From Octopus vulgaris (lineage: Eukaryota), in assembly GCA_951406725.2 (NCBI GenBank), contig OX597821.1:558001-622000 (forward strand): a stretch of 64,000 nt of DNA, in the 5' to 3' direction. The notes below the pieces were generated by a model that had not been told where the DNA came from, made no database searches, and was given only the letters and a program-made list of their open reading frames with translations. This document shows, piece by piece, positions 1 to 14,357 of the stretch. The position numbers and the translations under genes were made by a program. How positions within the stretch are numbered: position 1 is the stretch's first letter; each line of letters opens with the position of its first letter.

Positions 1-7
1 GCTTCCA

Positions 8-68
<61 letters not shown>

Positions 69-405
69 CCTCTCCATCCATCCATCCATCCTTCTATCTA
101 TCTATCTATCTATCATTTGTTCGAACTTTGATTCTTTTTTAATTTTTTCTCCTTCTCTCCCTCACTCCCCTCTCTTGTTCTCACTCTTTTTCTACCTATC
201 ATTCTTCAATTCACTCTCTCTTTCTCTCTCTAACTCATTCACTCTGTGAAATTCTTGCGACCTTAGAATATATATATAACTGACTAGTAGCTGGGAATAG
301 AAATGCTATTGTACATATTGTCCAGAGGTATATGCTGCATTGATATTTTCAGTTGATGTGCAGCCAGACTTCTACAGTGGGTTAGGGCATAAATGTATTG
401 TTAGT

Positions 406-461
406 CTGATATATTGAAAATACCATCACTCTAGAGAGTGATGGTATATTCAATATATCAG
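406..461. repeat. Near-perfect inverted repeat (27-bp arms, 2-nt loop)
   Basis: CTGATATATTGAAAATACCATCACTCT-AG-AGAGTGATGGTATATTCAATATATCAG; one mismatch. Confidence 0.9.
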
Positions 462-512
462 CGTCTTACTATGTTCTGTTAGCGTGTTAGTATATTTGGT
501 TAATATGTAAGA

Positions 513-1226
513 GCAGGGGTTCTCAACCATTATTTTTATCTCTGGAACCCTTTGATTACTATTTTATTCTGGTGGACCTCATAGCTATTTGATGTTTAAA
601 AACTGGTTTTATAGATACTTTTTTCAAAATTCCTCTTTTGTTTTTCACACATGAACTTGTGTACATTGGTCTATGCCAAACATTAGAGAAAGAAACCTAG
701 CTGTTTCTTGCAATACACACCAATACTCTTTACTCTCTCTCTTTTACTTGCTTCAGTCATTTGACTGTGGTCATGCTGGAGCACTGCCTTTTAGTTGAGC
801 AAATCGACCCCAGGACTTATTCTTTGTAAGCCTAGTACTTATTCTATCGGTCTCTTTTGCCAAACTGCTTAGTTACAGGGACATAAACACACCAGCATCA
901 GTTGTCAAGCGATGGTGGGGGACAAACACAGACACACAAACACATACACACACATACATACATACATATATATATATATACGATGGGATTCTTTCAGTTT
1001 CTGTCTACCAAATCCACTCACAAGGCTTTGGTCGGCCCGACGCTATAGTAGAAGACACTTGTCCAAGGTGCCACACAGCGGGACTGAACCCGGAACCATG
1101 TGGTTGGTAAGCAAGCTACTTACCACACAGCCAATCTATATCTAAAGCAAAATTTTTCCAGGGGCCCTTAAAATACTATTATGGATCCCCTATTTACTAT
1201 TTTGTTGTATGGACCCCTAAAAATCA
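513..1226 (+). mobile_element. hAT (Charlie-like) MITE interrupted by a SINE; family also at 5044-5779 (-) and 53295-53621 (+)
   Basis: Begins CAGGGGTTCTCAACC. The body aligns by eye to the uninterrupted copy at 53295-53621, which ends GGTTGAGAACCACTG. Confidence 0.65.
726..1133 (-). mobile_element. tRNA-derived SINE, family A (dominant ~400-bp octopod-type SINE), near full length
   Basis: Reverse complement of the family consensus: TGGCTGTGTGGTAAG A-box-like head, GGTTCAGTCCC B-box-like motif, CCTTGGGCAAGT core-like motif, central (TA)/(TG) tract and AAAAGAGT tail. More than 12 related copies occur in the window. Confidence 0.85.
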
Positions 1227-2300
1227 ATAAAATAGAATAGCTTTAGTCAAAGACAAAGTTCACTGAAATTTCTTATCACTGTTATGATCAAAATTACAAG
1301 GAATGAATCAGTGATTGGTTTGTTACAACCTCATTTCAGGACAAACATCCAATCACAGAGTTGTTCTTAAAAACTTAAAAACATGCAAAAAAAAAAAAAA
1401 AAAGAGAAAAGGGCACAGAGTGAAATGAGGTATTAAGAAGGAAGTGGATAAATCTAATTGTCAATATAATCTCCCAACAAAATTGCATCTATTATAGTAA
1501 AATTAGATTAAAGGAAAGCATGACAGCCACTGATCCTTCTTGGATTTGGGAAAAAATGAAGAAAAGTCAAAGTTAAAATCCTGCTGAAGACAACTCAATT
1601 TTCCTCTTCGATAATAATGCTTATAATGATGATGATGATGATGATGATGGTGGTGTTGATGGTGGTGGTGATGATGGTGGTGGTGATGACAGTGGTGGTG
1701 GTAGTAATGATGATGATGATGATGATGACGGTTGTCGTCACTGTCATCATCTGTTATCTGTCATCCATCTGCATGTTCATGTTGACATGGGTTGAGAGGG
1801 TTGTCACAATCTGGATCAGCTCATATTTACAATCCCTGCCCTCCCAGATGGATTAGAAGGCCACATTTCACTCCTATGTTCCAATTACTTTGATACGGTT
1901 GGATGTCCTTCTAAAACACCAGCCACGTCACAAAGTGTAGTGGGTGCATTTCATTCAAGGCACCTACACTGGAGAGGTTGTTTAGTTCACAGCAAGGCTA
2001 AAGTGTTTTTTCTTCCTTGTGTTGTCTCCATTCATTCACCAATCCTCGATTTCCTGATTGCCTTGGTTTTTGAATTTAAGCATCTAAGAAGGTTATTCTT
2101 TACAAATGTATGATATACATACATGTATGTCTTGCTTAGTTCTGTTAATTCTTTGATTAGTTTCTTGGAGTATCATAATGTCATACAGTGTATCTTGGTC
2201 ATTTATTGACCTGAAGTGGCCCATTCCTCTCCATATCTGACCAGAGAGAGAGAAAGAGAGAGGGATAGGCAGAAAGGGATATGTATATATTTATATATAT

Positions 2301-2359
<59 letters not shown>

Positions 2360-3996
2360 GATACAGAGAGTTATATATATATGCACAGAGTGAGAAAGAG
2401 AGGGGGGGAGGGAGGGATATGCAGAGAGAGAGAGAGAGAGAGGTAGACAGAATGATAGAGAGGTGGGAAGAGAGAGAGATGGGTAGATAGAAAGAAAAAG
2501 AGGTAGACAGAGTGAGAAAGAGTAGACAGAAGGAAAACTGGGGAGGGAGAGAGAAAGAGAGAGAGGTAGACAAAGAGAGAAAGAGATAGGTAGACAGACA
2601 ACGGGGTAGGTAAAGAGAAACAGAGAGAGAGAGAGAGCAAAGGTGTATGTGTGAGTGTGTGTGCATTGGAAAGAGAGGAAGACAGAGAAAGAGAACTAGA
2701 GCAAGTGTGTGTGTGTGTGTGTACATTTGAAAGGGGGTGAAGAATCGCTCTCATTGCTAATTACAAGACTGGTTCTTTCAGTCTTTTAATTTTCTTATGA
2801 CCCTGGAAAGAATGAAAGGCAACATTGACCTTGCTGGGATTTGAACTGAGTGTGCAGAGAACCAGAAAGAATATTACAGAATAATCTAGCCAACACTTTA
2901 ATGATTCTACCAAATGGCCTATACATAAATACATACATTTACATATACATTTACATATACATATATATGCACACATATAATATACATACATATTTATATG
3001 TACACACACACACACATACTCATATATACATAAACACACATATACATAATACACACATACATACTACAGATATACACATACATACACACATACATGCACA
3101 TACACATTATTACAGCTATATACATAGAATGTGTATGTGAATATGCTTGTATATATATATATATATATATATATAAATGTATATGTATGCATGTGTATAT
3201 ATGTATGTGTATGTGAACATTTTGAATAAAAGGCAGGACATATAGTACTTTAATAAAATTGAGGGGAAAAAATGGTGTTTTAGAGGTGTTGGGCAGTGTT
3301 GGAGTGGTAATGGTGATTGTTGTAGTGCTGGTTGCTGGAGTAGCAGTTGCGATGGCAGTGGTGGTGGTAGTGGGAGAGCCTGTAGGGGTGGTGGTAACCA
3401 ATGTGAGGGTAGTAGCAGATGTGGTGGCCATTGCACTGATGGTGGCAGTGGTGGTGGTGATGGTTGTCATGCATTTTTATAAGGTTCACTGCCTCTACTT
3501 CAGCCATTGCTGTCGCCACCACCGCCACCACTACCACCACCACCACCACCACCACCACCACCATCGCCATAGTGGTTGTAGGGAAGGGTGGGGAACATGT
3601 GGGGCATATTTAAAATGTTTAAAAAACGAAAGATGAAAGGACAAGAAAATTGCTTTTCTCTCCCCCCCTCTCTCTCTCTTCTTGTTTATGTGTTTTTGTT
3701 TCTTATTATTTTTCTTTTATGTTTGTATCCCCCTTAATTCACTTCACACACACATACATAATTGTATACATACAGACATATCTATATATTTACATACATA
3801 TATACATACAAGCATAAATATATACATACATATATATATATATACATACAAGCATACATATATACATGCAAGCATACATACATATATACATACATGCATA
3901 CATATATACATACATGCATACATATATACGTACATGCATACATATATATGTACATGCATATATATATATACGTACATGCATACATATATATGTACA

Positions 3997-4032
<36 letters not shown>

Positions 4033-5350
4033 CAAGCATTCATATATGCATACAAGCATATGCATACATATATACATATATGCATACATATAGATATACA
4101 TACATGCATACATACATACACACACCATACACATACACACATGCACACATGTCCATAGAATGCAAATATATATATCACACACACACAGATACACACATTC
4201 ACAGAAGCTCATATCATGCAAATATACATATATACATATGCATTATATATACAGACACACAAGTGTGGTTTTTTTTATTAATCTTAAAAAACCTGAAAAA
4301 AAAACCCCCAAAACAAACAGACAAGAAAACTATATATATATAAAACTGATGGAGGAAATATAATGCAATTGACCCCTTCTGTGACCCCTTTCTTTCCCTT
4401 AAAACAATCCTTGCCTCAGCCCTATCATTTTGCTTTCTCCATCACCCAGGACCAAAGGAAGATAGTTAAAACTGAAAGACTTTGTAATTATACCAGCATT
4501 ACCATTTTAGCATTTGGTTCTAATGGACAGTTAATTTTAAAGCAGGGTGATGCAGTGGCATTTAACACTGAACAGACCAACATTTGGTGCTTTATATATG
4601 TGTGTGTGTGTGTGTGTCTGTGTATATGCTTTCACATTTTATCTATAATTATAGACTTGATGGTGGTGATGGTGGAGATGATGACGGTAGTGGTGATGAT
4701 GATGTTGATGATGGTGATGATAACTGAATGAAAAATGAGAGCAAAATGGGAAAAGGAGAACAACAGCAACAAGAACTTAGGTTATATTTGGTTAGCATTA
4801 TTTCTAATGGAGAGCTTGGACTACCAATTCCTGCAGAAGAATAAGCAGTGTATGTATGGTCAAAGAACTTACTAAGAAACAAAGTGTTTTGCTTAAGGAC
4901 ACAACCGACACTGCCTTAGCCAAGAATTGAATCTACAACTCCATGATTTCTCTAGTACTATCTGGAAATGTTTTCTTGTGGCTCCTTGCAACAAATAAGC
5001 GTCAAAGACATGTGGAATAAATATCCTGTTCAGGAGTTAGACCAGCATTTCTCAACCAAGGGCCATATGGCTCCTGAGGGTCCATATAAGATTTTTGGGG
5101 GTCACTGCAATCAAAGTAAATTGGAGATCCACAACAGTATTTTAAGGGCCTCTGAAAGAATTTTGCTTTAGTTATATGTATTGTTATGTATTGCAAGAAA
5201 CAGGCTTCTTTCTTTAATGTGTAACATAATTCAACCCACACAAGTTAATGTGTGATGACCAAAATAGGAATTTTGAAAGAAGTTTCTACAAAACTTGTTT
5301 TTAAATATTGAATGGCTTTGGGGTCCACTTGAAAAAAAATAGCAATCAAA

Positions 5351-5737
5351 GGCGCAGGAGTGGCTGTGTGGTAAGTAGCTTGCTTACCAACCACATAGTT
5401 ATGGGTTCAGGCCCACTGAGTGGCACCTTGGGCAAGTGTCTTCTACTATAGCTTCAGGCCTACCAAAACCTTGTGAGTGGATTTGGTAGACGGAAACTGA
5501 AAGAAGACCATCGTATATATGTATATATATGTGTGTGTGTATGTTTGTATGTCTGTGTTTGTCCCCCTTGCATTGCTGGTGTGTTTATGTCCCCATAACT
5601 TAGCGATTCGGCAAGAGACTGATAGAATAAGTACTGAGCTTACAAAGAGTAAGTCCTGGGGTCGATTTGCTCAACTAAAGGTGGTGCTCCAGCATGGCTG
5701 CAGTCAAATGACTGAAACAAGTAAAAGAGTAAAAGAG
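5351..5737 (+). mobile_element. Family A SINE nested in a hAT MITE
   Basis: GGCGCAGGAGTGGCTGTGTGGTAAG...CAAGTAAAAGAGTAAAAGAG, with TSD-like aatcaaagg / aatgaaagg at the ends. Confidence 0.85.
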
Positions 5738-6248
5738 TAATGAAAGGGGTCCATAGGTAAAACAGGGTTAAGGGCCCCTGCATTAGACTGAGCATTCTCA
5801 TTGAAAATGCTTCGGAAACCCAAGTAAACTCTGACCTCATCAGCTGAAGCAGACTTTGTTAAACCAGATTGTATTCTTAGCTGGTGCTCTCCATTGTTTA
5901 CGATAATGAGGGTTCGAGTGAATCCAATTAACTGAACAGACTCCTCATGAAATTAACATGCAAGTGGCTGACAAATACTCAGACATGTATACTCTTAATG
6001 TAGTTCTCAGGGAGATTCAGTGTGACACAGAACGACAAGGCTGGCCCTTTGAAATACAAGTACTACTCATTTTTGCCAGCTGAGTGGACTGGAGTAACGT
6101 GAAATAAAGAGTCTTGCTCAAGGACAAATTGCACTGCCAGGAATTGAACAGAAAATATGGATAGACAAATTGATAGGTAGGTAGATGGATGGGTAGATAG
6201 ATAAATGATGGGTAGGTAGAATTTTGATGGACAGAAAGATAGGTTGAT

Positions 6249-6482
6249 GGCAGTGAGCTGGCAGAAACGTTAGCATGCTGGGCGAAATGCTTAGCGGCAT
6301 TTTGTCTTCTGTTACGTTCTGAGTTCAAATTCCACCGAGGTCGAGTTTGCCTTTCATATCTTTGGGATTGATAAATTAAGTACCAGTTATGCACTAGGGT
6401 CAATATAATCGACTTAATCCCTTTGTCTGTCCTTGTTTGTCCCCTCTGTATTTAGCCCCTTGTGGGCAATAAAGAAATAAGA
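6249..6482 (+). mobile_element. SINE family B with MetaSINE-like central domain; other copies ~2760-2920(-), 28320-28510(+), 34185-34585(- x2), 38597-38730(+), 43460-43650(-), 56640-56785(-), 57560-57745(-)
   Basis: GGCAGTGAGCTGGCAGAAACGTTAGC head, GAGTTCAAATTC B-box, and GAGGTCGACTTTGCCTTTCATCCTTTCGGGGTCGATAAA-TAAGTACCAG-like domain recurring in all copies. Confidence 0.75.
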
Positions 6483-6585
6483 AAGATAGGTAGATGGATA
6501 GGTGAATGAATAGGTAAGTCAATATGTGGATGAATAGTTGGATGTAGGAATGCACTGATAGATAGAAGGATGAATAGATAGGATG

Positions 6586-6980
6586 GTGCCATGTAAAAAG
6601 CACCAGTGCTGGCACCAAGTATAAGCACCTGTGCTGGTCCCATGTATAAAGTGTCCATGCTGGTGCCACATAAAAGGCACTTGTGCCTGTGCTATGTATA
6701 AGCATCCATGCTGGCATCACATATAAAGTACCTGTGCTGGAGCCATGTCTAAAGTACCGATGTTGGTGCCAGGTATAAAGCAGTGGTGCTGGTGCCCTGT
6801 AAAAAGCACCTAGTACACTCTGTAAAGTGGTTGGCATTTGGAAGGGCATCCAGCCATAGAAACCATGCCAAATCAGACAATTGGAGTCTGGTGCAGCACT
6901 CTGGCTGGCCAGCTCCTATCAAACCATCCAACCCATGCCAGCATGGAAAACAGACATAAATGATGATGATAATGATGATA
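6586..6980 (+). mobile_element. Repeat family D (variable ~28-nt tandem head + GTGGTTGGC..GGAAGGGCATCCAGC body + (GAT)n tail); copies at ~21150-21820, 44860-45160, 59470-59825
   Basis: Shared body AAAAGCACC..TACACTC..AGTGGTTGGC(G/A)TTAGGAAGGGCATCCAGC..CCAACCCATGC(C/T)AGCATGGAAA..TAAA(C/T)GATGATGAT in four places. Confidence 0.7.
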
Positions 6981-7529
6981 GCTAGCAGAATGGATAGATA
7001 GATAGAAAGATAGATAGATAGATATGGGAATTGATATGAGAATAGGAAAATAGATTGGTGGATTGATAAGAGAATGGGATAAACTAATAATACATGGATA
7101 ATGTAAATAGATTAGTCATCATATGGATGGATGGATAAAGGGTTGGGCGGACAGACAGCTGGATAAGCAGAAGGGGACACAAATAGACAGGCAATATAAA
7201 GACAAATGGACAAAGTTACATTCTATGGAGAGAGCTGAGATTTGAAATATTTTCAAAACTTAGGTTTTTAAAAAAAAATATTGACCTTTTACTACAGCTA
7301 CTAATTTCTCGTTTATCTATTTAGTTATTTTTTTAATTTTTGAAGTGTTATTTTATTCTTCCAAATTATTTATTTCTTTGGAAAAAAAAAAAAAAACACA
7401 AATAAATCATAAACAAAATAAAATTGCTAATTGCGCAGCATTTTGCAGGAAGACGTTTTCTTCATTCTCAATCTTTATAACAAAACTAAAAATCAATCAA
7501 TCAGATGTGAAAAGCATTATCTGAGCTAA

Positions 7530-7572
<43 letters not shown>

Positions 7573-7640
7573 TAAAAAATAATTATAATAGTAAAATTAA
7601 AAATAATAATATTAATAAAATTAAAAAATAATTATAATAA

Positions 7641-7705
<65 letters not shown>

Positions 7706-7725
7706 TTAAAAAATAATTATAATAA

Positions 7726-7791
<66 letters not shown>

Positions 7792-7943
7792 TAGCAACAA
7801 CAATAATAATGTGTAGGTATGTATCAGTGTTGGAATGTGCTTGTAAGCATGTATGCATGTATGTTTATGTATGTATATGAAAGTATATGGTTATTGATGT
7901 ATGTATGAACAGGTTGCAATGTGTGTTTCTGTGTCTTTGCAGT

Positions 7944-8049
<106 letters not shown>

Positions 8050-8175
8050 TGTGCATGAGAAAATAGCTTAGCTTAGCTTCAGAGTAAATTGTTTAATTGA
8101 TAATTCATAATTACATTTTCTTGTTATTCCTGTGAATTAGAACTGCTTACAAAGCAGACTGATAAACATGGTGTG

Positions 8176-8207
<32 letters not shown>

Positions 8208-8744
8208 CACATAAGCATATCTGTGCATGTGTGTGTGTGTGTGAGTATATGCATACCTGTGTGTATGCACCTTAGTGCATATGTGATTGTGTGGTGTATG
8301 CTTAAATATGTATGTTAGTGTATTTGTGACTACGTACAAGTATTTCTCATTGACTCTCTTTTATTCTTCACAAATGGTATATTCCGGGTGAGAAATTTTA
8401 AGAGAATCTGTGGTGTTAGGGTGAAATAATTAGTTCTGGGTGGTGATGGTGATGGCATTTCATAGCAAAGGTGTCTGTGTGTGTGTCTATTGGTTGGTTT
8501 AAGGACGAATCATTTTGTGATGTGGGTGGGTTTATAGAAGAGATGGCATGCAATTGAAGAAGTTGCTAAGAAAGATATCTGTTACTTTGTAGACCTATAT
8601 AACCTATAATATCTTGGATGCCAATATTGATGATAAAGAGAATGGAAAGGCATGTTTGTGTAGATATGTGCATAAATGTATGTATACACATACAGATATG
8701 TAAGTATACATATGTATATGTATATGTATGCATGTGTATGTTTG

Positions 8745-8800
<56 letters not shown>

Positions 8801-8854
8801 TACAGGTATGTAAGTATACATATGTATATGTATATGTATGCATGTGTATGTTTG

Positions 8855-8900
<46 letters not shown>

Positions 8901-9021
8901 TACAGGTATGTAAGTATACATATGTACAAGTGTATTATGTATGTATGTATGTATGTATGTATGTATGTGTATATATATATATACATACATGTCCCAGTTT
9001 GTATTTTTCTACATATTTATA

Positions 9022-9841
9022 TATAGCGGCGTCCGTACCCTCGTTGGCCTTATGTAAGTACATATTCCTGTAATTTGGTATGACTCTACACACTGTCTCT
9101 CTCTCCTACATTTCTCTGCCTTTCACACTTTGCACTCTACTCTGATCTGTCCCCTTCTCTCTCTCTACTTCTCCTCCTTTTCTCTTTTCTTGCCTCTGAT
9201 TCTTTGGTCTACTCTTCCCCCCACTCTCTCACAATTCTCTGTCTTTCTCACTTTGCACTCACAAGCCAATCCTTGGCACGCACTTTCTTCTCCCCTCTTT
9301 AATTCCTTCTTTCTCTCTCTTCTGTCCCCCCTTTGTTGCCTTCGTCCCTCTTTTTCTCTCTCTCTTTGTTTCTTTTGCCCCCCTTCTTTTCTCTCTCTTC
9401 ATCATGTGACCGCTGATCAAATCAGCCTTTTGGCCTCCGACCACTGCCGTGAGAACATCTGTTGTCTTCGTCTGCCGATAAAGGCATTTTTTCAAAATAC
9501 GCCAGCTAAACTTGTTGTACTGTTTATTATTTGTATGACACCCGTTGTTTTTGTCCTGTTTTTACCATTATTGTTTTTTGTATTTTATATTCATGTGGCA
9601 TCGTCCGTTTTTCTGTCCCTGTTTCGTATACATTCGATCCTTCTTTCAAGAAATCTAATGCTCGTAGCTTAGTTTTTCCTTGGGGCTGGCCGGATCGGAG
9701 CGATCTCAAGATTAATCAGCCGAAATTGCTAGGATGATCCGGTTCTTGACTGAAGATTGAAGGCTTTGAATGTCCCGTCCGTGTTTTTTGTATCGTCTTC
9801 TAAATGTTTTACATTCTTGTCCCAATTTGTATTTTTCTACA
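9022..9841. mobile_element. Probable solo LTR (~820 bp)
   Basis: CpG-rich relative to the background. Termini T(A)TAG...CTACA resemble decayed TGTAG...CTACA. AATAAA on the - strand near 9523. Flanked by TA-rich sequence. Confidence 0.45.
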
Positions 9842-9918
9842 TATTTTATATATATATATATAATGGATTCTCCTGTTGGTTTTGACGTATCAGGATCTGA
9901 CAACCTACTCTTTCTTTG

Positions 9919-10120
9919 TCAATCATAATGCTTATGTCGAATGTGACATTTGACTCTTGCCAATGATTTTCAAAGAGGTCCACAGATGTTGCAAGTATGA
10001 GAATTACGGGTCAGTGCAGGCGGTATGTTTGCAGCCACTTTTCTCCTTTGCCTTGCACCTCTAAGCCTGTTAATACTGGTTGAAACAAAGTCTCTAATAC
10101 CATTTTCACATGACAATTTT
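9919..10120 (-). pseudogene. RTE/BovB-like LINE ORF C-terminal remnant with zinc-finger
   Basis: Manual translation: KLSCENGIRDFVSTSINRLRGARQRRKVAANIPPALTRNSHTCNICGPL*KSLARVKCHIRHKHYD*. Same architecture as the 22.5-kb RTE C-terminus. Confidence 0.55.
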
Positions 10121-11365
10121 CATTTTGTTCACTCCAAGGCTGTTTGCTCAAAGGTTTGCATATACATAAATTCATATGCATGTGTATATATACAGATACA
10201 TGTGTATATAAATTTGTGTGTGTATATGTGTGCGTCTAAGTATGAGTATACATATTTACAAACATGAATACAAAAAGAACTTTACCATCTGCATCTTGAT
10301 TTTAGCACATGTACATATACTACATCCCTGTGTGCCGTGTGAAGTAACTAGAAGGACTGGCAACGGGGAAGGCATCCAGCTGTAAAACATTACCTTAAAA
10401 CCAGCAACAACAACCAAAAAAAAAAACACATCTAACTCATTCCAGACTGGAGAGGCTGTAAAACAAAGGCTGTAAACATCAGTAAAAAACATTTGTGATG
10501 ATGATGATGGTGACACACATAGGAGAAAGAAGTTCTAAATCTTTACACATCTTTATTGTTTCCTTGATAAATATCTGGATTAGGATTCTACCAATGTCTG
10601 TCTGTCTGTCTGTTAGTCTGTCTGCCAGTCTTTCTGTTTCTTCTTTCTGATCACCGAGCCTTGGACTCTATAGAACAAGGAGTATGTCTGAATATATGTA
10701 CATATGTAAGTGTGTGCTTGTGAAGCAGCAAGAGAGAAAGAGAGAGAGAGAACCGCCAAGAATATTTTGAAATGTTTCTTATCTTCTATCTAGCAATTAT
10801 TTGGTGACTAATAAAAAAGGAATGAAGTATAAAAATAAAAAGAATTAAAAAAAACAGGATTCTTCACCAAAGTAAATTCCCCAACCACCACTACAAAAAA
10901 AAAGTTCTTAGGGAGTTTTAGAAGTTTTTTTTTCATGGTTAGTTTGGATAGATAGATACACAAAGATATTTCTGTAATATCACACAAACAACAAAGAATA
11001 TTATGCAAGAAAGAGATGGGTGTCAAAATGATGCTGATACACACACACACACACACCAATGTACATACATGTATATAGGTTTGTTTATGCATACATATGC
11101 TTATATGTGTGTGTGTGTGTATGTATCTTGTCATTGTATTGGAGTTGTAAATGAATGTCACTGTTATACAAGCAGTGTCACACATTTTCAATATTGTGCA
11201 AAAGCATGTCTGGCCATGGGGAAATATTACATTCCTCGGAAAGGGGTGAGGTTTGGTGACAGAAAAAGTATCCAGCTGTATACATGTATATGTGTGTGAG
11301 TGTGTGTGTGTGCATATATGTATGTGTATATGTATAGATATATTCATATATACATACATACATGT

Positions 11366-11672
11366 GGAGGCACATGGCCTTGTGGTTAGAGCAGCGGACT
11401 CATGGTCGAGGAATCATGGGTTCGAATCTCAGATTGGGCAATGTGTGTGTTTATAAGCAAAACACCTAAGCTCCGTGTGGCTCCGGCAGAAGATAATGGT
11501 GAACTTCTGCTGACTCTTTCACCACAACTTTCTCTCACTCTTTCCTCCTGTATCTTGCAGTTCACCTGCGATGGACCGGCATCCCGTCCAGGTGGGGAAC
11601 CTATATGCCAAGGAAACAAGGAAATCGGCCATTATGAGCCAGGTGTGACTCAAGAAGGAACAAACAAACAAA
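11366..11672 (+). mobile_element. tRNA-derived SINE family C (V-SINE-like motif); related heads at ~18100-18300(-), 32250-32445(-), 34600-34930(+), 45170-45482(-), 46195-46470(+), 56205-56455(+), 60430-60745(+)
   Basis: GGAGGCACATGGCC..GTGGTTAGAGC A-box, GGTTCGAATC B-box, CCTGCGATGGACCGGCATCCCGTCCAGG motif and (CAAA)n tail. Confidence 0.7.
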
Positions 11673-11766
11673 CATACATACACGCTTACATGTGTATACA
11701 CACACATACATGCATTTATACACACAACAAAGACATATTAATACAAACATGCATATATATTTGTGC

Positions 11767-11810
<44 letters not shown>

Positions 11811-12139
11811 GTATATCAACATATGCTCAGACGAAAGCTATTTTCACTTAAGTTGGTTTCCCTGCCTACTTAAACTTATTGAGTTTCTGTAGTTATTATA
11901 TTTCTTGTATTAACTCTTCTCCAGATGTGACCCTCAAGACATATTCTTTGATATGGAATTCTCCAGAGAATACTTGGATTTCTTGGTTATTTCTTTTTTC
12001 TTTGGTATTTTTCTCCACTATGATTTACAATAACTTGAGGTTATCTCCAAATGTTAGAAACTTGAAAAAAAAAAAAAAATTTATATCTATGCTCTGTGTT
12101 ATGTAATTTGTTATTTAGTAAATATATTTCTGTCATGTC

Positions 12140-12640
12140 AAGAGATATTAAGTACTGGACAACCCTGGATAGACAGTGTATGCAATGGAAGGCCATATGT
12201 ATTTCAGTAACACTCTGCACTATCACACATGGATCTAGTAATGCAGGAATGGATGACTGAAAATTTTCACGATCACACAACCTCTAACATTTGGCCTCCT
12301 AATTCTCCAGATCTCAATCCATTGGACTATTACATGTGAAGCATTGTTCAGAGAGAGGGCAATGAACACGCCTGTAACACCAAAGATTCTTTGAAAGCTG
12401 CCATAGTCAGAGTAATATCCAAAATGAACCAGGACCACTTGATTTGAGCATGTAGATGATTTAGATCTCTTATAGAAGCAGTTGTTGAAGCTGAGGGTGG
12501 CTTTATTGAATAAACATTATAGAAAAGAAGGTTTATTTTTATCCTCAAAGCATTTTTTTGATAAATAAAGTTATTATCTGTTATTATATATCAGTTTTTT
12601 GATAAACATAAATCTGTCCTCAAATATCTTATGCACCCTG
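12140..12640 (+). mobile_element. Decayed Tc1/mariner-superfamily transposon, maT (DD37D) type: 3' part of transposase plus right TIR
   Basis: Translation from 12181: CNGRPYVFQ*HSALSHMDLVMQEWMTENFHDHTTSNIWPPNSPDLNPLDYYM*...EAVVEAEGGFIE*. There are 37 residues between the decayed second D position and the D of LNPLD. Ends ATGCACCCTG|TA. Confidence 0.8.
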
Positions 12641-13792
12641 TATATATACATATACACACACATTCATATAATACATATACATACACACACATATATGCAT
12701 CACACACAACATTCATATGTATGCGTGTGTATGTATGGATGTATGTATATGCATATATGTGTGTGTGTGTATGTCTATATATATAAGTATGGATGTATGT
12801 ATATGTATATATATATATATGCACATGTACAGATATGAGTGTGCATACATGATACCTGCATACTTTAAAAGCAAAAAATGTACATCTACGCAATTATACA
12901 GATGCATGTTCAATAATGAAAGAAATGTGGCAGACAAAATTATCATCATTATCATCATCATCATCATCATCAACAATACCACCATTCTCATCATCATCAT
13001 CGTAATGATCATCACCCAAAGCATCATCATCCACACCAGCTTCATGAATCATTAACATCATCGCTATCTTTATCCATCAGTTGATAAAGGTAGACTATGG
13101 ATGCTGTGTAAAACAAGGGAGACAACCTTGTCAGTCTTGTAGACTTGTACAAACTATTAACGTTAATTCACTCACAATTGCTGGCATAATATTAAGGAGA
13201 GGACAGAGTTAAACACACACACTTAAGTGTATTTCTGTGTGAATGTGTGTATGAATATATACATATGCATGTTTGAAGGTGTGTGTATGTATATACATAT
13301 ATATATATATATATATAAATGCATAAACATATTTGTGTGTGTGAGTGTATATATATATACATGGGTAGATACATAAGCATAAATATATGTTTGTGCCTGT
13401 ATATATATATATATATTTGTATGCATGAATATGTGTGTGCGTGTATGTGTGGTGTGTGAATATGATATAATTATAAGTATGTATATACATACACACATAA
13501 ATTAATAAAAAGTGGGATTAAAACATAACATCCAACACGAAGATGTAATAACTACAACCAAGAATTAAAAAAAAATATGAATATAAAAATATATATTAAA
13601 AAAATACTCGCGAAGAATCGATAACAAGAAATACAAAAAGTAAAAAACCAAAAAAAAAAACAAAAACAAAAAACAATGGAAACGGAAACAGAAAAGAAAT
13701 ACAAAAATCCATTTCTTTAGAATCCGGATATTCCTGGAAGAATTCTTATCACAGTTACTAATGATTATAGGCTGGAAAATAAAGGAAAGAAG

Positions 13793-13872
<80 letters not shown>

Positions 13873-14023
13873 GCATGTGTATATGTGTGAGTGAGTGATG
13901 TATATATGTGATGTGTGTGCGTTTATATATACGCATAGGTATGTGTTGATATATACATATATATAAACGTATACATATATACATATATATATGTGTGTGT
14001 ATATATATACATATATATAAACG

Positions 14024-14056
<33 letters not shown>

Positions 14057-14098
14057 GTGTATATATATATATATATCGATATATACATATATATAAAC

Positions 14099-14143
<45 letters not shown>

Positions 14144-14296
14144 GATGTGCATACATTTGTATATGTGTGTGTATGCATAAAATATTCTTGTATAAATTGA
14201 GAAACTATTTGTGTTTGGTGTTGAGAAGAATACAAAATAGACTTATTGCAGTCTACATATGATTTTCTATAAATTCTTATATTCTGTTTTGCGTGA

Positions 14297-14357
<61 letters not shown>

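Noticed and set aside
5351-5430. tRNA-like A/B boxes here and in other SINE heads
   Set aside because: No complete cloverleaf; these are SINE promoters, not tRNA genes.
9749-9775. CTGAAGA...GAA hammerhead-like start (also 48070 and 58590)
   Set aside because: No convincing stem II/GAAA/NUH/stem I arrangement.
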